A stretch of 63,927 bases of DNA, filler included, from Aduncisulcus paluster (lineage: Eukaryota): NCBI GenBank assembly GCA_024181965.1. It is 7 parts of 7 records of this genome, joined end to end, with 100 filler letters (N's around TTAATTAATTAA, not from the genome) between each part and the next. Parts side by side here need not be neighbours in the genome. Positions count along the whole stretch, not along the records: positions 57,171 to 60,235 come from BQXS01012584.1; positions 60,336 to 63,927 come from BQXS01012596.1; 5 more parts are not named here. One strand, 5' to 3'. Below are positions 58,180 to 63,927 of the stretch, piece after piece. Each line of letters starts with the position of its first letter. Within the stretch, counting starts at the first letter, position 1. The position numbers and the translations under genes are program-made. Under the pieces are notes generated by a model that was not told where the DNA came from, did not search any database, and saw only the letters and a list, made by a program, of their open reading frames with translations.

Positions 58180-59490
58180 TCCTGCCCTTCCTTTGATAAA
58201 GGTCTCTCCTTCTATATTTGTCAAAATAGATATCAAGAATTGTAAATTTTCTGTCAAAATAAATGTCTAAAAATTCCGAATTTTAGTGCAAAAATATGTA
58301 TAATTTTTCATCAATAATTTATAATAATTTTATAAAAATATTATCGAATTTTTGTGTCATAATGTTGAATTTTTGTTCAATAACTTGGTCGAATTTTTCT
58401 TCGATAATTTTAAATTATTGTACAATTGTTCGGCCGAATTATTGCGAATTTCTGCAAACTCCCCAAATTCATCTTTTCTTGATTTTTGTTTCATTTAAAG
58501 ATTTAATTAGCAGGATTATATATAAATTATTACTCCCGGTATGTTATCATTATTTTTATAAACTTATTTTAATGAATAATTAACAAAATGTAAATTTTCG
58601 ACATTTCACATTTCTCCACGCTCTCCTAATATTCTATTGCGTGCTTTAATACATTCATAATGAGTTTTAATGATGATATAACTCATTTCCATTGATATTT
58701 TAATATAAAAATGATAAAAAGTTTTGAATTGTAAAATGACCTACTTTTGATGCGTATGCAAGGTAATTGCCTGAATTTTCTGACGTTTCAACGTTTTCCA
58801 CTTGATTGAAACCTCTTCCTTTTCTGTTGTCACAGTTCGTGTGATTTTATATTGTTTTGTCTAAAATCATTTCCTGCCCCCTCTTTGGCTCCTCCTTTTC
58901 CAAAAAGAAGATCACTAATAAGTTTTTAAACCGATTCCCTCCCATAAAAACTTATATTTACCTATCATTTCATTATTTAAGACAGCTTTTCAATTGTTTT
59001 TAGATTATATTCAGTAATATCATCAATAAAAGATGTAAAAGATTCTTGTAATCATGTTCTTAATTTAAATATCTTATTATTTTCAATCAACATCATACAT
59101 CCACAGAGAAAAATGCAAAATTCCATACGTATATAATGTTAGCTCCTAAAACTAACAAAACACCACGGTACAATGATAAATATTCATTAGAGTAATAAAA
59201 TGGATGTTTTTTCACCAATAATACGAAAGATCAGCGAATTCCTCTAGCTCCTAAACTAAGGTCGTTTTAGCTCTGAAACTTTTAAAATCTAGTATAATTA
59301 CTAATATATAACTTATTTTTCTTCTTTCCATTTCTTTTCTGTGACAAAGAATTTATAATTTTATAGGCCAAAATCTTAACTCTTAAAAATGGCATATACC
59401 ATCCAAATTATTGCTGTATTCCTTTATATAAATTCCTTTTAATTAATAATTTACTAATCGAGGTCATCAAACCTACGATTTCGTTGGAAG

Positions 59491-60235
59491 CTATTTCCCA
59501 GTTAATCTGACCAGCTCTGGGTGGTCTACTAGATATTCTCCCAGGGCCACTGTATCTTTGAGCTCTGAAAGAGGCTCCCACGTGTTTTCTTCCGGCTGGT
59601 ATCCCGCCCATTGGACGAGGAATTCCAGTGTTTTCTTTGAATCGCCCCTGTGATCAACAAGGGCTTCAATAAAGTATTCCCCTTCTGATGACGCAGCCAT
59701 TTTCCTCAGATCCTCCAGGGCATGGTGTCCTCTAACCAGCACCAATCGACGGACGTGTACGTTGAGAACCTCGGTCGACGTCAAGCTCTTGATGGAGACA
59801 ATGTGATTCGCGAGGTTTTCCTTGACAAGATATGGCCCTCTTAACCTCGGAGCCAACTTTGATTTTCTCTTCGTAGGCAAAAGCCAGACCGCAGCCCCAT
59901 ATCCTAGCACCGGGGCCGGCGTCGTTTCCTCCGTCTTTTTCTTCAGGAGTGTTTCAGCATGGCTCCTCAATTCTAGTAAACGCTTTTGGAATGATTCAGC
60001 GTATAAGATCGCTACGTCTTTCGTTCTTTGATTCCCCATGAGGGGTGGACTGGTTTTCTTTTCTGGAGCGCTAAATAAATCTCTCCACTCATCTGGAGCG
60101 CGACCAAAGACCATTTCAAATGGCGTTACCCCAAGTAAAGAGTGTTCCTGGGTGTTTATGAGGTATCGGACCATCGGGATTGCCTCAGCCCAATCCAGAT
60201 CTTCTTTAGCTATCAAAATAGCTTTCAGAAACTTC
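59491..60235 (-). CDS. pol: Gypsy integrase C-terminus with GPY/F motif and chromodomain (5'-partial)
   Basis: WAEAIPMVRYLINTQEHSLLGVTPFEMVFG, KLAPRLRGPY, EYFIEALVDHR...FLVQWAGYQPEENTWEP. Confidence 0.93.
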
Positions 60236-60335
60236 NNNNNNNNNNNNNNNNNNNNNNNNNNNNNNNNNNNNNNNNNNNNTTAATTAATTAANNNNNNNNN
60301 NNNNNNNNNNNNNNNNNNNNNNNNNNNNNNNNNNN

Positions 60336-63300
60336 TGCAGATTCATAACAGAACATACATGGGAAGCGTATGAATATCCATCTTTCTCAGGACACAAAGA
60401 TGTCTCAATTGATGGGAGAAATGAAACCATTGGAACAGAATGGAAAAGAGTTGAAGAGAGATAAGAAGAAGATACGAAGGAGGAAATGTTGGAAAGGTAT
60501 TGGTTATAGATTTGAGTTGGACAATACCATTCTTCTTTGCACCGTAGCATGTTGGCATCATATTTGGGAGATAGATGAGGAATTATTGATGGGACAGTGG
60601 AGAGCATGGAAATGAGTTTAGACCAGTATATGATTCCCCATTCATGTTGTTTCATAACTTCAAACCACCCATCAAGAAGATGCTTAATATTGTCATAGAT
60701 TACAAGAGCATGTGAAGGATCACAACATAAGTTAGAGAAGAATCGCAAACATTCTTCATGATCATCCTCACCAATCTTATCCCCAACAAACTCTCTCTTA
60801 ACAACATCAAGAACAGGGTGGAATAGAGGCCAAGTTTCAGAACAAAGAGAGGTGTTGGGAGATTCATTATCACTTGAGAGGGTGATCTGTGACAAAATAG
60901 TCATCCATTGTCCATAACACTCACTATCATTGTATATCCTCAACCAATCCTTGATATATGGTTTGATAAGGGTGAAAATAGAGGATCGAGTGGAAGGAGA
61001 GGAAAAAGTAGAGATGTTTATGAGAGTTTTTAATAAATCTAGAACAATATTATCAGACAACTTCTTCTTGCTTCCTCTCTCAAGAATTCGATGGAAAGTG
61101 GAAAGGATCTTGAGAAGGAAAGAATCCAATTTATCTGGAACTTTGAAAGAATAAAAATCACAAGTGCTACAATACTCATCACAAACAGCTTCTTCCAATA
61201 TTTCCTCAATTCTTGATAGATGATCAATGAAAGTATCAATGAGATTGTTGAGATCAGGTATTAGGAGACAGATATGATTTCCAGCAATATCATGTCCTGC
61301 AAACCGATCTAAACACTCAACACAAAACACTATCTCTCTCTTGTGCTCTCCAATCTCACTCTTTGATTGGGATGCAAGGAAGACAGAAAGGATATCTTCT
61401 CGGTGTTTGTGGTAGAGAATTGAGGATGATTCTGAGTCAGGACATTTCTTAATAGCTTCAACTAATTCAGACCATTTCTTCAGAGAAGGATAACAATTAC
61501 CAAGATATCTTGCATAATCATTATGCAATCCTCCATTCTTCTTGCACCACTCCATGTTGGCATCATATTTGGGAGAGAGTTGAGGGACAAGAGATGTAAC
61601 AGTGGATAGCATGGAAATGAGTCTGGACAAGTATTTGATTCCCCATTTATGTTGTTTCATCTTCATAACTCGCCACCAAGCATCAAGAAGATCCTTTACA
61701 TTATCATAGATTTCGGGAGTATGTTCTGGATCACAACATAAGTTGGAGAAGAATCGNNNNNNNNNNNNNNNNNNNNCATTATGCAATCCTCCATTCTTCT
61801 TGCACCACTCCATGTTGGCATCATATTTGGGAGAGAGTTGAGGGACAAGAGATGTAACAGTGGATAGCATGGAAATGAGTCTGGACAAGTATTTGATTCC
61901 CCATTTATGTTGTTTCATCTTCATAACTCGCCACCAAGCATCAAGAAGATCCTTTACATTATCATAGATTTCGGGAGTATGTTCTGGATCACAACATAAG
62001 TTGGAGAAGAATCGCAAACATTCTTCATGATCATCCTCAACAATCTTGTCCCCAACAAACTCTCTCTTAACAACATCAAGAACAGGGTGGAAAAGAGGCC
62101 AAGTTTCAGAACAAAGGGATTTGTTGGGAGATTCATTATCACTTGAGGTGGTGCCAAATGATAGAATATACATCCATTGTCCATAACAATTACTATCATT
62201 GTACATTCTCAACCAATCTTTCACATATGGTTTGATAAGGGTGAGAATAGAGGATCGAGTGGAAGTAGAGGGAGAAGAAGAGGAATAAAAGGAGATGTTT
62301 CTGAGAGTCATCAATAAATCTAGAACAATATTATCAGACAACTTCTTCTTGCTTCCTCTCTCAAGAATTCGATGGAAAGTGGAAAGGATCTTGGGAAGAA
62401 AAGAATCCCATTTATCTTCAACTTCGAAAGAATAATCAACACAAATGCTACAATACTCTTCATAAACAGCTTCTTCCAATATTTTCTCAATTCTTGAAAG
62501 ATGATCAATGAAAGTGTCAATGAGATTGTTGAAATCGGGTATTGGGAGATAGATAATCCTTCCAGCAATATCATGTCCAACAAACCGATCTAAACACTCA
62601 ACACAAAGAACAATCTCTCTCTTGTGCTCTTCAATCTCACTCTTTGATTGGGATGCAAGGAAGACAGAAAGGATATCTTCTCGATGTTTGTGGTAGAGAA
62701 TTGAGGATGATTCTGAGTCAGGACATTTCTTAATAGCTTCAACTAATCCAGACCATTTCTTCAGAGAAGGATAACAATTACCAAGATATCTTGTATAATA
62801 TCCACTCCAATCTCCATTCTTCTTGCACCACTCCATGTTGGCATCATATTTGGGAGAGAGTTGAAGAATAAGAGATGGGATAGTTGAAAGTATAGAAATG
62901 AGTTTGGACCAGTAAATGGTTCCCAAATTACTATCATCTTTCCCTTCTTCACTCTTCTTCTCTACCATCTCAAACCAGCTATCAAGAAGACCATCTTTAA
63001 TGCAAGCATGAATTTCAATGGCTTGGGAAGGAATCCAACTCAAGTTACCAAAGAATAATAAACAACAAATTACACCATCATCATCAAATGTAATACCTTT
63101 GGAAGCAGTGTCCTTGATAATAGCCAAGACAGGGTGGAAGACAAACCAAAGTTGTGAAGAACGATCTTTATCAGAGAAGGTATTATCCTTATCATTTGTG
63201 ATATTCTTCAAGATATTCATCCACAAGAAAAAGAACTTCTTATCAGGATACTTCTTCATCCATGGCAAGATATGGGGGAGAAGAATGGATAAAAGGGAGT

Positions 63301-63925
63301 TCTTGGTGGGATCATCTTCAGAGAATGCAATATTCCTACATGTTAGGAGGATATCCTCAACAAAAGAATCATCAAGTTTCTCAGATAGGCCGAAAATAAA
63401 CATCTTGGAGAGAAGAGTGGAGATCTGGGGGAAAATGGCAATACATTGAGATAGAACACTTCTTGTTGTTGCGATACTGAGAATGCTGAACAATGTCTTT
63501 GTAATGGAATTCACTCTAGATTCAGCAGTTTCAGCTCCTTCTTCTTCTTCTTCCATTTCCTCCATTTCTTCTCGTTCAACTCTCAGAATAGCTTCAACTC
63601 GGATCATTGAAGGCAAGAAAGAGTCAATCATATCCTGGATGGAAGAACTATCCAGAATAACCTCAAAATCATCCTCATCTGGAGTTCCATCGTCTTTTGT
63701 AACTTTATGCTTCACGAACAAGGACAAACATTCGAAACAAAGGGCGAACAGATCTCGAGCGGATGTGACAGCAGATGAGGGTGAAGAAGTGAACTCATCA
63801 AAGATAGTCTTGAGACGAGAATAGGATCCTTCATAAAGGGATTTAATGGCAGGTCGAGAGTCTGTTCTTTTGATTGAAACAATGAGTGCTTCAATTTCTT
63901 TTGTCAACTCTTCAGTGCTCTGCAT
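60336..63925 (-). CDS. Lineage-specific helical repeat protein with long internal repeats (3'-partial)
   Basis: Repeated units LSPKYDANMEWCKKNG, YLGNCYPSLKKW, WPLFHPVLDVVKREF, CLRFFSNLCCDP; one extra partial unit is a gap artefact at 61757-61776. Confidence 0.85.
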
Positions 63926-63927
63926 TG

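Larger units (their letters stand above)
58052..60235 (-). mobile_element. 3' part of a Ty3/Gypsy chromovirus (integrase C-terminus, chromodomain, 1.3-kb 3' region, PPT, LTR)
   Basis: Canonical order INT-GPY/F-chromo, PPT, LTR on one strand. Confidence 0.85.

Noticed and set aside
58051..58180. Intron in gag (CTAAT...CAG acceptor-like) or a novel pol-then-gag gene order
   Set aside because: The segment has a PPT, TG..CA inverted ends and AATAAA, so an LTR boundary from nested insertion is more parsimonious

Overview
Gene-dense, largely intron-poor eukaryotic (protist) scaffold. The lineage-specific repeat-protein families and GTATG..YAG introns suggest a free-living fornicate such as Aduncisulcus paluster (inference, not verified). 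The draft has six 100-bp linker gaps (N44-TTAATTAATTAA-N44) and ten 20-N gaps with duplicated flanks, which split or falsely terminate several genes. Recognisable genes: a >5-kb secreted EGF-containing protein missed by the ORF track, calpain, a Hook-domain coiled-coil protein, a 5'-truncated TatD, a coiled-coil protein kinase, an EGF/TM protein, condensin CAP-D2-like, a classical protein tyrosine phosphatase, CLN3/battenin and a DOCK GEF. Most interesting: (1) a ~3.25-kb element with perfect 28-bp CACAG-type TIRs carrying two convergent ORFs and no clear transposase, plus an internally deleted variant (40188-44333); (2) a nest of LTR retrotransposons with very short LTRs (128 and 97 bp) flanking a gag fragment (57171-60235); (3) recurrent chained palindromes centred on a single base in non-coding DNA, including at the TIR element target site and the TatD breakpoint; (4) a GC-rich structured ncRNA candidate and a HEIP1/REDIC1-like N-terminal motif.
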